Assembly: GCA_963788195.1 (NCBI GenBank)
Contig: CAWBGA010000002.1
Location: forward strand, 320,001-384,000
Length of the DNA stretch: 64,000 nucleotides
Direction: 5' to 3'
Source: Nitrospirota bacterium
Lineage (GTDB): Bacteria > Nitrospirota > Nitrospiria > Nitrospirales > NS-4
The number at the start of each line of letters is the position of its first letter. The first letter of the stretch is position 1. The notes beneath the pieces were generated by a model that was given only the letters and a program-made list of their open reading frames with translations, made no database searches and was not told the DNA's origin. Positions 1 through 10,698 of this stretch are shown piece by piece. A program made the translations under genes and the position numbers.

Positions 1-565
1 CCATTCTTTTCGTGTGATGAAATATGCGCAGGCATTGGCCTCAGCGATGGGAATCGACGGCAAGGCTCTGAAAGACATTGAGTACGGCGTGTTCCTTCAT
101 GACATTGGGAAGATCGGCGTCAGCGACGCGATCCTTTTCAAGCCCGGCAAGCTGACCGAAGAGGAATGGACCGTCATGCGTCAGCACCCGGCCCGCGGGC
201 GGTATTTGCTTGCGGGGATCAAGTTCCTGGAAGGCGGCCTGGACATTGTCTACAGCCATCATGAGCGATGGGACGGGAAAGGCTATCCTCAAGGACTGAG
301 CGGCGAGGGGATTCCGCTTGGCGCCCGCATCTTCGCGATCGGCGATACGCTGGACGCGATGACGTCCGATCGACCGTATCGAAAGGCGCTCCCCTACCAA
401 GATGCGCGGTCCGAGATTCTCAAAAACAGCGGAATTCAATTCGATACAGCAGTGGTGAAGGTCTTTAGCCAATTCAACGACGCCGACTGGAATCGGCTGC
501 GTGAAGAGGGAGAGGACTTGGCCCGCTCAATCGTGCGCCGTAAGCACGAAAGTCTGCTCACCTAG
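1..565 (+). CDS. HD-GYP domain c-di-GMP phosphodiesterase (5' part outside window)
   Basis: Motifs LHDIGKIG, HHERWDGKGYP and DAMTSDRPYRK. Confidence 0.9.
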   Translation, partial: HSFRVMKYAQALASAMGIDGKALKDIEYGVFLHDIGKIGVSDAILFKPGKLTEEEWTVMRQHPARGRYLLAGIKFLEGGLDIVYSHHERWDGKGYPQGLSGEGIPLGARIFAIGDTLDAMTSDRPYRKALPYQDARSEILKNSGIQFDTAVVKVFSQFNDADWNRLREEGEDLARSIVRRKHESLLT

Positions 566-683
566 CTTTTGGGTTCATAGCCCTGTTACTCCCGGTCGTC
601 GATTTCCGAACAGCCTCCAGCGGTTATCTTCACTCCCCCGAGCATGCCCTGTCCCATTTTTGACACACCTCTCTGTTAGTTAC

Positions 684-711
684 TTAAGTTTTACTAGCTA
701 ACTGACGATAC
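684..711 (+). promoter_or_regulatory. sigma28 (FliA)-like promoter upstream of the glycosylation operon
   Basis: TTAAGTTT-N12-GACGATAC versus consensus TAAAGTTT-N11-GCCGATAA. Confidence 0.5.
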
Positions 712-762
712 CATGACCAGTCAGTGTATGAACGGTGTCACAACATAACAGGATCCCCCCGA

Positions 763-1374
763 ATGGTCACGCTCGGCCTTGAATTCTTTCGCCCCACAAA
801 GGTCATGCGGGAGTTGTTTGTGCTGCTCTCATTGGATGAGTCCCAGCAGGTCAGCCAGCACGGATTGGCACGCAAGGTCGGTGTCAGCAGTTCGATGGCG
901 AACAATTACATTAAGACTCTAGTCGGCCAAGGGATGGTTTTGGCCTCCGGTGATACAAACCGGACCATGAGGTACGCCGTGACCGCCAAAGGGAATGAAC
1001 GCGTCACACAATTGATGAGCATGTACTCTCGGGAAACCGCCCTCTTGTATTCAATCGCTAAGCGGGAAGTGGAGAAGCGCCTCCGTCAATTGCACGCGGA
1101 GGGCATGAAGAACGTCGTCTTGTTTGGAGCAGCGGAGACCGGCGAACTGGCCTACGTTGCGGCGAAGGCGACTCCGATTCATATCGTCGGCTGGGTCGAT
1201 AACGATGCGACGAAGCATCAGCTGCGATTTGGAGAGATCCGAGTCGCGTCGCCCTCTCTGATTGAAACATTTCATCCTGACGCGATCCTTATTGCCTCTT
1301 CCGGAAAAGCCGATGAAATTCGACGTCAGCTTGATGGTTTTCCGCAGCGAGGCATTGCCGTTGTCACTCTGTAA
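763..1374 (+). CDS. Winged-helix (MarR-like) regulator with C-terminal Rossmann-like domain
   Basis: N-terminal HTH (SQHGLARKVGVSSSMANNYIK, YAVTAKG); C-terminal VVLFGAAETGE and IVGWVDND. Confidence 0.75.
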   Translation: MVTLGLEFFRPTKVMRELFVLLSLDESQQVSQHGLARKVGVSSSMANNYIKTLVGQGMVLASGDTNRTMRYAVTAKGNERVTQLMSMYSRETALLYSIAKREVEKRLRQLHAEGMKNVVLFGAAETGELAYVAAKATPIHIVGWVDNDATKHQLRFGEIRVASPSLIETFHPDAILIASSGKADEIRRQLDGFPQRGIAVVTL

Positions 1375-1378
1375 TCTC

Positions 1379-2455
1379 ATGAAGACATCCTACGCCAAGC
1401 CAAATGAGCGACTCCGTGCCGCGATTATCGGACTTGGTCAAATCGGCAACCAATTTGACGACGATCCCAAACGTACCGACGTCTGGACTCACGCCGGCGC
1501 CTATAGCTCGGTGCCCGCGGTCGAGTTGATTGCGGGGGCGGATCCCGATGAAACCAGATTGCATCGCTTCCTGGACCGTCGCAACGTGAGAGCCGGGTAT
1601 CGCGACTATCAGGAGATGCTTGAAAAGGAAGCCATTGACCTGTTGAGCGTCTGTTCTCCGACGGAGTTGCATTACACGATGGTTCTTGCCGGAGTCCAAG
1701 CCCGCGTCAAAGCGATTTTCTGTGAAAAGCCATTGGCATCAACTGTCGAGCAGGGCATGGCGATGGTTGAGGCCTGCCGTTCGGCAGGAATCGTCCTCGC
1801 GGTCAACCATACGAGAAGGTGGGAGTCGATCTATCTGCAAGCGAAGCGTCTGATCGACGAAGGTGTCATCGGTCGCATCGAATCGATTGCCGGTCATTAT
1901 CCGGGCAAGGTCTTCACGATGGGCACGCACCTTTTCGATCTCATGCGGTACTACGGGGGCGACGTGGAGTGGGTATCGGGCGTAGAAGTCGGTGAAGCCA
2001 GTTCAGAGCCCAATCTCGCCGGCCATTTGAGGTTCCGCTCCGGCGCATACGGAGCGATCCTTTGCGGCTGGGACCGCAGTAACCATGTCTTTGAGCTGGA
2101 GGTACATGGGAATGGAGGGCGAATTCGCATCTCAGGCGACGGCAGTCTGCTTGAACTGCACCGTTTCGAGGAGAGCCCGCGTTATTCCGGCTATCGAGAA
2201 CTCACACCGGTCGAACTTGCAGTCGGTCAAGGCCACGCACCTGCCGGCGAAGAGAATCGCTTTATCGCGGCAGTAAAGGATCTGGTGAGATGCGCCGGGG
2301 CTGGCGAGAGTCCGGCGTGCTCCGGGCAGGACGGTTTAGCGGCGGTGGAGATGGCTTGTGCCCTGGTGGAGTCCGCGCGCAGTGGATGTCGGCCAATCGA
2401 TCTAAGGATGCTCATGATAAGGAGTCGTAATGGCCTCTATCGCAGCACTAAGTAA
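1379..2455 (+). CDS. Gfo/Idh/MocA family oxidoreductase
   Basis: AIIGLGQIG, IFCEKPLA, GTHLFDL. Confidence 0.9.
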   Translation: MKTSYAKPNERLRAAIIGLGQIGNQFDDDPKRTDVWTHAGAYSSVPAVELIAGADPDETRLHRFLDRRNVRAGYRDYQEMLEKEAIDLLSVCSPTELHYTMVLAGVQARVKAIFCEKPLASTVEQGMAMVEACRSAGIVLAVNHTRRWESIYLQAKRLIDEGVIGRIESIAGHYPGKVFTMGTHLFDLMRYYGGDVEWVSGVEVGEASSEPNLAGHLRFRSGAYGAILCGWDRSNHVFELEVHGNGGRIRISGDGSLLELHRFEESPRYSGYRELTPVELAVGQGHAPAGEENRFIAAVKDLVRCAGAGESPACSGQDGLAAVEMACALVESARSGCRPIDLRMLMIRSRNGLYRSTK

Positions 2456-3749
2456 ATTAGCGATCTTAGGAGGAAAGCCCATCCGCACTACCCCCTTTCC
2501 CGCGTACCCGGTGATTGGAGACGAAGAGAAGCGGGCGGTGATGGAAGTGTTGGACTCGGGTCAGCTCTCCACATTCTCAGCCAGCCGGCAGGGCTTTCTC
2601 GGCGGCCGCAAGATTCAGGCGTTTGAAGCGGCGTTCGCAGGATACCACGGGGTAGAACACGCGATTGCCGTGAATTCAGCAACCTCGGGGCTGCATGCCG
2701 CAGTCGCGGCCTGCGAGGCAGGACCCGGGGATGAAGTGATTGTGCCCCCCTACACATTTACCGCGACCGCGACCGCTGTGCTTCATCACAACGCCATCCC
2801 GGTTTTTGCCGATGTGGATCCAGTCACATTCTGCATGGACCCCGCGCGACTTGAGGCGGCAATTACCCCGCGCACCAAGGCGGTGATACCGGTTCATCTT
2901 CTCGGACATCCGGCGGACATGGACCCGATCCTCGCCATCGCGCGGCGGCATGGTCTCAAAGTCATTGAGGATTGCGCGCAGGCGCCAGGAGCGCGGTACA
3001 AAGGCCGCCTGGTGGGAACGATGGGGGACTGCGGGGTCTTCAGTTTCCAAGAGACGAAGAACATGGCAACCGGCGAAGGCGGAATGGTCATCACCAATGA
3101 TCCCGTGCTTGCGGAGCACGCGCGAATGATTCGCAATCACGGCGAGGCCGTGGTCGCGGGAGAGGCGCGTAAATATCTGACCAGCACCATAGGGTGGAAT
3201 TACCGAATGACCGAGATCGAGGCAGCGATCGGAGCTGTCCAGCTCACCAAACTGGACGGCTTGAACAAGGCGCGGCATGAACTGGCTGCGTATCTTCTCG
3301 ATGCCATGCCCGCTCATCCGGGTCTCACTTTCCCCACAGAGCCGTCGATGATCAATCACGTCTATCACGTGTTCGGAATGCGGTACGACGAGAGCAAGAT
3401 CGGCGTTCCCCGATCGCGCTTTCTCGAGGCGCTCATCGCGGAGGGAATTCCCATGAGCCCCGGGTACCCGCGTCCGCTCTACCATAATCCGTTGTTTCAA
3501 GACCGTTTGGCATACGGCAAGCAGGGCTGCCCATTCACCTGCAGTCTCTACGAGGGAACCGTCTCTTATGCAAAGGGCCTGTGTCCGGTCGCCGAGGATC
3601 TCTGCGCGCGGTCGGCGCTCTGGACGTTTGTCGTCCGCCCTCCCGGGACCATTCGCGATATGCAGGACATCGTGGCGGCGTTCGAAAAGGTCTTGGATAA
3701 CAGCGCAGCGTTGAAAGAGGAGCACAATGATAAAGCCGCAATCAGTTGA
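2430..3749 (+). CDS. DegT/DnrJ/EryC1/StrS PLP-dependent sugar aminotransferase
   Basis: NSATSGLH, IEDCAQA, FSFQETKNMATGEGG, GWNYRMTE. Confidence 0.93.
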   Translation: MASIAALSKLAILGGKPIRTTPFPAYPVIGDEEKRAVMEVLDSGQLSTFSASRQGFLGGRKIQAFEAAFAGYHGVEHAIAVNSATSGLHAAVAACEAGPGDEVIVPPYTFTATATAVLHHNAIPVFADVDPVTFCMDPARLEAAITPRTKAVIPVHLLGHPADMDPILAIARRHGLKVIEDCAQAPGARYKGRLVGTMGDCGVFSFQETKNMATGEGGMVITNDPVLAEHARMIRNHGEAVVAGEARKYLTSTIGWNYRMTEIEAAIGAVQLTKLDGLNKARHELAAYLLDAMPAHPGLTFPTEPSMINHVYHVFGMRYDESKIGVPRSRFLEALIAEGIPMSPGYPRPLYHNPLFQDRLAYGKQGCPFTCSLYEGTVSYAKGLCPVAEDLCARSALWTFVVRPPGTIRDMQDIVAAFEKVLDNSAALKEEHNDKAAIS

Positions 3750-4464
3750 CACGCAGGGCGTCCTCGGAGTGATTCACGCGCGGGGTGGCTCGAAGCGCAT
3801 CCCGTTGAAGAACATCAAGCTGCTCGCGGGCCGGCCGCTGATCTCGTATATGGTGGAAGCGGCGATGGAAAGCCGTCTACTCGATCGGCTGATCGTGTCG
3901 ACGGACCATCCGGAGATCGCTCGAATCGCGCGCGAATATGGGGCGGAGGTGCCGTTCATGCGACCGATGGATCTGGCGGAGGACGTTGCGTCCGAGTTGG
4001 TGACGCAACACGCCGTGCGTTTCGTCGAAGCTGAGGGCTATCCCGTCCGGATCGTGCTCACGATGCAGCCGACCACTCCCTTCTGCTCGGCGGAAGACAT
4101 CGATGCCTGTATCCAGAGAATGCTCGACACCGATCTGGACACCGTATTCACCGGCTGCGAAGTCCATGAGCGGCCGGAGTGGATGTACCGGCGGGACGCA
4201 TCCTCCGACGATCGCGTGCTTCCATTCACCGGCCGGTTGGTTCAGGGCGACGCGGGCATCAGTCAGAAATTGCCCAAGCTCTTTATTCCCAACGGGGCGG
4301 TCTGGGCCACGCGACGGGCAGTCTTAATGGAGCAAGGGCTGATTACGGGACGGAGGGCGGGCATTGTCGTGATGAGTCGGGAGCGGTCCGTGGATATCGA
4401 TGAACCCGTGGACTTTATTACCGCAGAGGCAATAGCAGGCGAACTCCTCAAGGTGAGAGTCTAG
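3727..4464 (+). CDS. neuA: Acylneuraminate (nonulosonate) cytidylyltransferase
   Basis: ARGGSKRIPLKN, QPTTPF, SVDIDEPVDF. Confidence 0.88.
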   Translation: MIKPQSVDTQGVLGVIHARGGSKRIPLKNIKLLAGRPLISYMVEAAMESRLLDRLIVSTDHPEIARIAREYGAEVPFMRPMDLAEDVASELVTQHAVRFVEAEGYPVRIVLTMQPTTPFCSAEDIDACIQRMLDTDLDTVFTGCEVHERPEWMYRRDASSDDRVLPFTGRLVQGDAGISQKLPKLFIPNGAVWATRRAVLMEQGLITGRRAGIVVMSRERSVDIDEPVDFITAEAIAGELLKVRV

Positions 4465-4493
4465 AAAGTGGAGCGACACGAAAAGGAGCGCAC

Positions 4494-5772
4494 ATGGCGA
4501 AGCTGATTGGCAATTACAAAATGGCGGGACAGCCTGATGCGGTTCCTGCGGCATCCGGTTCAGAAAAAAAGGAAGAAACCACCGTGGCCGAGTTCGAGCG
4601 GCGGGCGTTGGAACGACTCGGTGGCAGCATCGCCTTTGTCATGAAGGGCAAGAATGTGCTGTGGAGCGGACACTCCTCAAAAAGATGCCAAGAAACCATG
4701 AAGACCGCGCTCAACGAGACTGAACTCGAGATGATCGGCCGGGCCACGTTCAAAAAGACGGCGGAGATCGGCTTTCGTCATGCGCAGGAAAATCTGCCGT
4801 ATATCAAGCAATCGATCCAAGATGTTCCAAAGCCGGCGCCGGCAAAAGGCAATTCCGCCATTGCGATGTCCGCCGGCCCAAGCCTTCACCGCCAGTTTAC
4901 GATCCAGCGCATCATCGCGCATCGCTATCCGGGCACGGTCGTCGTGGCGGATGGCGCTCTCGGCTACTGCCTCCGTAACGGCTTGGTGCCGGATTATGTG
5001 GTTACGGTCGATCCGCATCCTTCCTGGATCATCAGGTGGTTCGGCGATCCGGATCTCGCGAGCCGTCCGGACGACGACTATTTTCGGCGGCAGGACCTTG
5101 ATCCCGCGTTGAATACCCATGAGCGCGAGCGAAATGAGGAGCTGATCAGCCTCGTGAACGAACATGGCCATAAGATCAAAGTCATCATCGCGACCTGCGT
5201 CTCACCTAATGTGACGCGCCGGTGCCTTGAGGCCAAGATGCCGCTCTACTGGTGGAATCCGATCTGCGACGACTACGACGACCCCGCCAGTCACACGCGC
5301 CGGCTCTTCGAATTGACCGGGATGCCGTGCATGGTCACGGGAGGCAATTGCGGCGCTTCCGCCTGGATCTTTGCCAAAGCCATTCTGGAGCGTGAGCCGG
5401 TTGGGATGGTCGGGATGGATCTAGGCTACGCGCCCGGCACGCCGCTGAAGAAGACCCAGTACTATCACGAACTCATCAAATTCTATCCGGAAGAGCGTCT
5501 GGAGGAGGCCTATATCCAGATGCCTAACCCGCATTTGGACGAGACGTGGTACACAGACCCTACGTACTACTGGTACCGCCAGTGCTTTCTTGCAGATGGT
5601 CCAGCAGTCGGGATGGACGGCCTACAACTGCACAGAGGGAGGCACCTTGTACGGCGATGGCATCGAGTGGCTTGCCCTCGACGCATTTATTGAATCTTGT
5701 TCCGCCAAGTCGTCTGTCGCAACGAAACTACCGAATCATGAAACCGCTTCATTGCCCGCGAGGAGATCGTAA
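4494..5772 (+). CDS. Maf/DUF115 (MptE-like) flagellin glycosyltransferase 1; frameshift near 5590; true start may be about 4698
   Basis: SAGPSL, VADGAL..GLVPDYVVTVD, GGNCG, MVGMDLGY; C-terminal YNCTEGG in shifted frame. Confidence 0.8.
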
Positions 5773-5773
5773 C

Positions 5774-7380
5774 ATGGCTAAAGTCCTAATCGTTAATCCT
5801 GTCATTCGTGCGGAGGATGATCCCCGGCATGTCCCGTATGGCCTGGCGCTCCTGGCCGGCGTCGCTAGCCGTGAGGGTCATCAGATCCAAGTCTTCGACT
5901 CGAATGGCTGGCGCCCCTCCGATGAGGAACTTGTGGAAGCCATCCAGGCCGATGATTGGGATGTGATCGCAACCGGCGGGATCACGACCGCCTACGGCTA
6001 TATGAAGAAGACCGTGCAACTCGCGCGGCAGTATGCCCCGAATGTCACTGATCATGATGGGCGGCGGGGCGTTGACCGCGATGCCGCGGGACATCATGGG
6101 GTTTTGTCCTGAGATCGACCTCGGTGGCATCGGCGAAGGCGTCGAGACCTTCCCCGAAGTCCTGAAAAAGATCGATGAGGGTCGCACGCGGACAGCCGAT
6201 TGGTCGGACGTCGCCGGCATCATCTGGCGCAGTGCTGCCGGGGAGGTCCGTTTGAATCCCGAGCGCCCGTTGATGGCGGACATCGATACGCTGCCGTTTC
6301 CGGCCTACGAGCTGTTTCCGTTGGACATTTATTTCAAGAACTCCTGCATCCTGCTGTCTGAAGAAGCCATGCAGGCCAAACGGCGGCTGGACATCAACAT
6401 GTCCTACGGCTGCTCGCTCATCTGCCGCTTTTGTTTTCACCTCGGGCTCACGGGCGACATGAAGTATACCGACACCCAGCAGGTCGACGGCGGCGACGTG
6501 GTGTTCAACAACGATCGGAACATCCGCTGGCACAGCGCCGAGTATGTCGTGAAACAGGTCAAGTACATGAAGGAACGATTCAACGTGGATTTCGTCTCGT
6601 TCCTGGACGAAAACCTCATGACCATGCATGTCTCCACGCATAAGAAGTGGCTGTTCGAGATCAGCGATCTGTGGATCAAGGCGGGCCTGCAGCCGAGCTG
6701 CGTCCGTGACGGCGTTCCCCACGATGCGAAGACCTGCGACGGGGTTCATTGGGGCGGCACCAGCCATGCGACTCTCGGCCTATCCGGAAGTCCTCCAGGC
6801 GATGAAACGCGCCGGCTGCACATATCTGGACTATGGCCTCGAGTCCTTCTCGGATCGGGTGCTGAAGACGGTCGGCAAAGGCGCCACGGTCAAGACCAAC
6901 GAGCGTTGTCTCAAAATCACCATGGAGGCGGGGATCCGGCCCATCCCGAATCAGATCATCGGCTTTCCGGACGAATTCTTCGACAGCCTGTACGACAACA
7001 TGGCCTTCTGGGAACGCATCGGGATCATGGTGAAGCCATTCTTTGCCACGCCCTACCCCGGCTCGGAGTGGTACTACACGTATAAGGACAGAATTCTCGA
7101 GCAATACGACGGCGACCTCGAGGCGTTCATCCTGGACCTGGGGGATGCCACCAAGATCACGGCGGTCATCTGCCACAACTTTAACGACATCGAGCTGCTC
7201 GGCCTGCGCGAGCTGATGCTGCAACATGATGTGAAGCGGATCAAGGTATATGAAAAGCAGTGGCGAAAGCTGCACGGCGAGCCAATCTTTGCGAAGGAGG
7301 CTCTCCGGAAGAAAGATCGAGCAACTGGACCTGCTCACCCCTCCGAAAATGGTCACGGTGTCCTAAGCCCCGAGCGCTAG
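5774..7380 (+). CDS. Cobalamin-binding radical SAM protein (class B methyltransferase-like); frameshifts near 6050 and 6775
   Basis: B12-binding N-terminus (PYGLALLA, GEGVETF), CxxxCxxC = CSLICRFC, YGLESFS, PYPGSE. Confidence 0.85.
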
Positions 7381-7399
7381 GGAGAGCAACGGAGACGAT

Positions 7400-8566
7400 A
7401 TGGCAACGGCATGCTCCACTCGACAGATGACGGTTCGCATCGGCGATTACCTTGTAGGCGAGGGCAGACCGCCGATGGTCATCGCGGAGGTCGGGATCAA
7501 TCACAACGGGGACGTGAAACTGGCCAAGTTGATGGTGAAGGCAGCCCAGGCGGCCGGCGCGCAATGCATCAAGTTTCAGACGCATATCACTCCGAAAGAG
7601 ATGACCCCGACCAACATGACACCGGGAAACATCAGTGCGGAGCCGTTATGGAACATCATCCAGCGGTGTGAGCTGACGGAGACTGAGGAGCAAGAGGTGA
7701 AAAGGCTCTGTGAGGAGTTGGGAATCCTTTTTCTCTCCACGCCGTTCTCGCGCGAAGCTGCGGATCGGCTGGAGGCGCTCGACGTCGCGGCTTATAAGAT
7801 CGGCTCGGGTGAGATCACGAACCTGCCGCTGATCGAGCATGTCGCGAAAAAGGGCAAGCCGATGATCGTCTCCACTGGCATGACCGAGCTTGAGGAGATC
7901 GCCGAGACCGTGAAGTTGATTCAAGGCTATGGCGTGCCCCTCATCCTGTTGCAATGCACGTCGGTCTATCCCACAGCCTATAAGGACGTCAGACTCGGCG
8001 CGATAGGCGTTTTGCGGGAGCGCTTTAACGTCCCTGTCGGCCTTTCGGACCACTCCGTGGGGATCTACACCGCCCTGGGCGCCGTGGCAAAGGGCGCCTG
8101 CATTCTTGAGAAGCATTTCACGATCAGCCGCGACTGGCCAGGGCCCGATCAGGGCCTCTCGATAGAGCCCCACGAACTCCGCGAACTCGTTCGCGGCGCA
8201 GAGGCGATCTACCTGGCGCTGGGCGACGATAAGGTCATCCTGGAAGAGGAACGTCCGGTCATCGAGTTCGCGCGCGCTTCTGTGGTCGTCGTGAAGCCGA
8301 TCGCAGCCGGCGAGCGGTTCACGGAGGACAACATCTGGGTCAAGCGTCCGGCGGACGGGGAGATCCCAGCGAAGGACTTCAGTAAGGTGATCGGCAAAAC
8401 GGCCAAGGTCGCGATGGAAATTGACCACCAGCTCAAATGGAGTGAGGTGCGAGTGACATGCCGAGACCTGTCCGCCAACAGCCGGGGCCGTGCTCGCTCC
8501 CGAAGCACCAAGTCGCAGTGCGCGCCTGGGCGCTCGTTCAGCGGCCACTCGCAAGCGACTGGCTAG
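7400..8566 (+). CDS. neuB: N-acetylneuraminate synthase family protein; real end probably near 8457
   Basis: IAEVGINHNG, IKFQT, STPF, KIGSGE, GLSDHS, EKHFT, C-terminal SAF domain (NIWVKRP). Confidence 0.92.
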   Translation: MATACSTRQMTVRIGDYLVGEGRPPMVIAEVGINHNGDVKLAKLMVKAAQAAGAQCIKFQTHITPKEMTPTNMTPGNISAEPLWNIIQRCELTETEEQEVKRLCEELGILFLSTPFSREAADRLEALDVAAYKIGSGEITNLPLIEHVAKKGKPMIVSTGMTELEEIAETVKLIQGYGVPLILLQCTSVYPTAYKDVRLGAIGVLRERFNVPVGLSDHSVGIYTALGAVAKGACILEKHFTISRDWPGPDQGLSIEPHELRELVRGAEAIYLALGDDKVILEEERPVIEFARASVVVVKPIAAGERFTEDNIWVKRPADGEIPAKDFSKVIGKTAKVAMEIDHQLKWSEVRVTCRDLSANSRGRARSRSTKSQCAPGRSFSGHSQATG

Positions 8567-8654
8567 GGCACCCGACTCGGATGCCACCCGCCTCGGCAGT
8601 ACTCGAGTGATCACTGCTGAAAAAATTGAGCCTGGCAGAAGTAAAGGAAACGGA

Positions 8655-9848
8655 ATGAGAACGATTGCGATTGTGACGGAGCGGCGTGCGGATTACAGCC
8701 GCTACAAACCCATCCTCGAACTGATTCGTGAAGATCCCGAATTAGACTACAAGCTGATCGTCACCGGTATCTCCCTGCTGAAGGAGCACGGGAACGATAT
8801 CGACGTCATTAAGCGCGACGGCTTTGCCATTGAAGCGGTCCTGCCGATGTTCGCTGAGAACGCGCCGGATACGGGAGCCGAAATGGTGCGGGCCATGGGC
8901 CGGGTCATGCCGGCGCTGGCTGATCTCTTTGAACGATTACGGCCCGACGTCATTCTGTCCGGATTTGATATCGGCGCGAACTTCGCCGCGACTGTGGCCG
9001 GCGCCCATATGAACATCCCTGTTGCGCACATTCAGGGCGGCGAGGTCACGGGGAGCATCGATGAGTCCTTGCGCCATGCCATGTCCAAGTTTGCGCACCT
9101 GCATTTTCCGGCCACCGAGGAATCGAAGCAGCGACTCATCCGGATGGGGGAGAACCCTCACAATATTTTCGTCGTGGGATGTCCGTCCCTGGACGTGGTC
9201 TTGGGGACTCCTGTCATGTCGAAAGAGCAGGTCACAGGAGCGCACGGGCTCGATCCGAGACGGCCGTACGTGGTCATTCTGCAGCATCCCGTCACCACCG
9301 AAGTGAAGCAGGCCGGACTGCAAATGGCGGAAACATTGGCCGCCGTCGCCAACCTGAATCTTCAAGGCGTGCTGATTTATCCGAATAACGACGCAGGCGC
9401 GCAACGAATCATCACGGAGATCAACAAGAGCGGAATCAAGATCGTGCGAAGCCTTCCGGCTGAGGGATTTGTCAATCTGGTACGGCATGCGGGTGCCCTC
9501 GTCGGCAATTCGAGCAGCGGGATTCACGAAACCGCGTCGCTTGGCGTGCCGACCGTCAACATCGGCAGCCGTCAGCAGGGACGGGAGCGAGGACCGAACG
9601 TTCTTGATGTCGGCAATGATCGCGATGCGATCCGGGAAGCGCTCCTGACCGCCTTACACGATGAAGCGTTTAAGGCCGTCGTGGATCGACGGATCAATCC
9701 CTACGGTGATGGGCGAGCGGCGGCACGGATCGTCCACGTTTTGAAAACAGTTTCATTGGACAACCTCATACAAAAGAGATTCTACGATGCCACGAGCGAT
9801 GATTGCGGTGATCGGCGGGACGGGGTTTATTGGCCGGCACTTGCTTGA
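8655..9848 (+). CDS. neuC: UDP-N-acetylglucosamine 2-epimerase (hydrolysing)
   Basis: RADY, AHIQGGEVTGSIDESLRHA, HPVT, YPNNDAG, GNSSSG, RQQGRE. Confidence 0.92.
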   Translation: MRTIAIVTERRADYSRYKPILELIREDPELDYKLIVTGISLLKEHGNDIDVIKRDGFAIEAVLPMFAENAPDTGAEMVRAMGRVMPALADLFERLRPDVILSGFDIGANFAATVAGAHMNIPVAHIQGGEVTGSIDESLRHAMSKFAHLHFPATEESKQRLIRMGENPHNIFVVGCPSLDVVLGTPVMSKEQVTGAHGLDPRRPYVVILQHPVTTEVKQAGLQMAETLAAVANLNLQGVLIYPNNDAGAQRIITEINKSGIKIVRSLPAEGFVNLVRHAGALVGNSSSGIHETASLGVPTVNIGSRQQGRERGPNVLDVGNDRDAIREALLTALHDEAFKAVVDRRINPYGDGRAAARIVHVLKTVSLDNLIQKRFYDATSDDCGDRRDGVYWPALA

Positions 9849-10698
9849 GCGGCTGACTGCCGATCCTCCCGAGCGCATTCGAGTGTTGGTCCATGCCCAG
9901 GCGCCTTCCTGGCTCGAGAGCTTGACGGCCGTTGAGATCGTGAAGGGTGATCTGCTTCAAACGAGATCCCTTGAAACGCTGTTGGATGGCGCCACGTGTG
10001 TCATTAACCTCGCAGGACAGGTGAGCGCCGACGTGGGGGATTACCAGAGTGTGAATCTTCGAGGGATGGTGAATCTCGCGCAAGCCTGCCTCAAGCATCG
10101 CGTGCCGCGGATAATTCATGCCTCCTCGGCGCTTGTCTACGGGACCATCCTTGACGCCACCGAAGATAGCCCGTGCCGGCCAATCTCGCCTTACGCGACG
10201 ATGAAACTTGCCGCGGAGGAAATCCTCAGCAGCCTGCTCGCCCCGACCGCGGAAATCCTGAGTTTGCGGCTCTCGAATGTCTATGGGCCCCGGCAACGCA
10301 ACGGATTGATGCCCTATCTTGTCAAACGCATCTTGAAGCGCGAGCCGATTACTATTGATGCCGATGGCGCACAGGTCCGCGACTTTGTCCACGTGGGGGA
10401 TGTGGTGAATGCGTTTCTAAAGGCCGTCGACGCGCCCGGATGCGTCGGCGCGATAAACATAGGCTCAGGCGAGGCGACCAGCATTATGACGCTGTTGCGG
10501 TTACTCGAGGAGGTGCTGGAGATGCCCGCCATCGGCCAGTATTGCCCGGAGCACAGCGGCGGCGAGCGCAAAAACACGGTGAATGTCTCGCGGGCCCAAA
10601 ACACCCTCGGCTGGCAGACTTCGATCGCGCTCACAGAAGGAATTCGGACGCTGCTTGCATCCAAGCAGACGGGCACAGGAGAGAGGATGTACGCATGA
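9787..10698 (+). CDS. NAD-dependent sugar epimerase/dehydratase
   Basis: GGTGFIG, YxxxK (YATMK), NVYGP, RDFVHV. Confidence 0.9.
   Translation: MPRAMIAVIGGTGFIGRHLLERLTADPPERIRVLVHAQAPSWLESLTAVEIVKGDLLQTRSLETLLDGATCVINLAGQVSADVGDYQSVNLRGMVNLAQACLKHRVPRIIHASSALVYGTILDATEDSPCRPISPYATMKLAAEEILSSLLAPTAEILSLRLSNVYGPRQRNGLMPYLVKRILKREPITIDADGAQVRDFVHVGDVVNAFLKAVDAPGCVGAINIGSGEATSIMTLLRLLEEVLEMPAIGQYCPEHSGGERKNTVNVSRAQNTLGWQTSIALTEGIRTLLASKQTGTGERMYA

Noticed and set aside
8458..8654. C-terminal extension of NeuB or N-terminal extension of NeuC
   Set aside because: Non-homologous low-information sequence. NeuB likely ends near 8457 and NeuC has an SD before ATG 8655.
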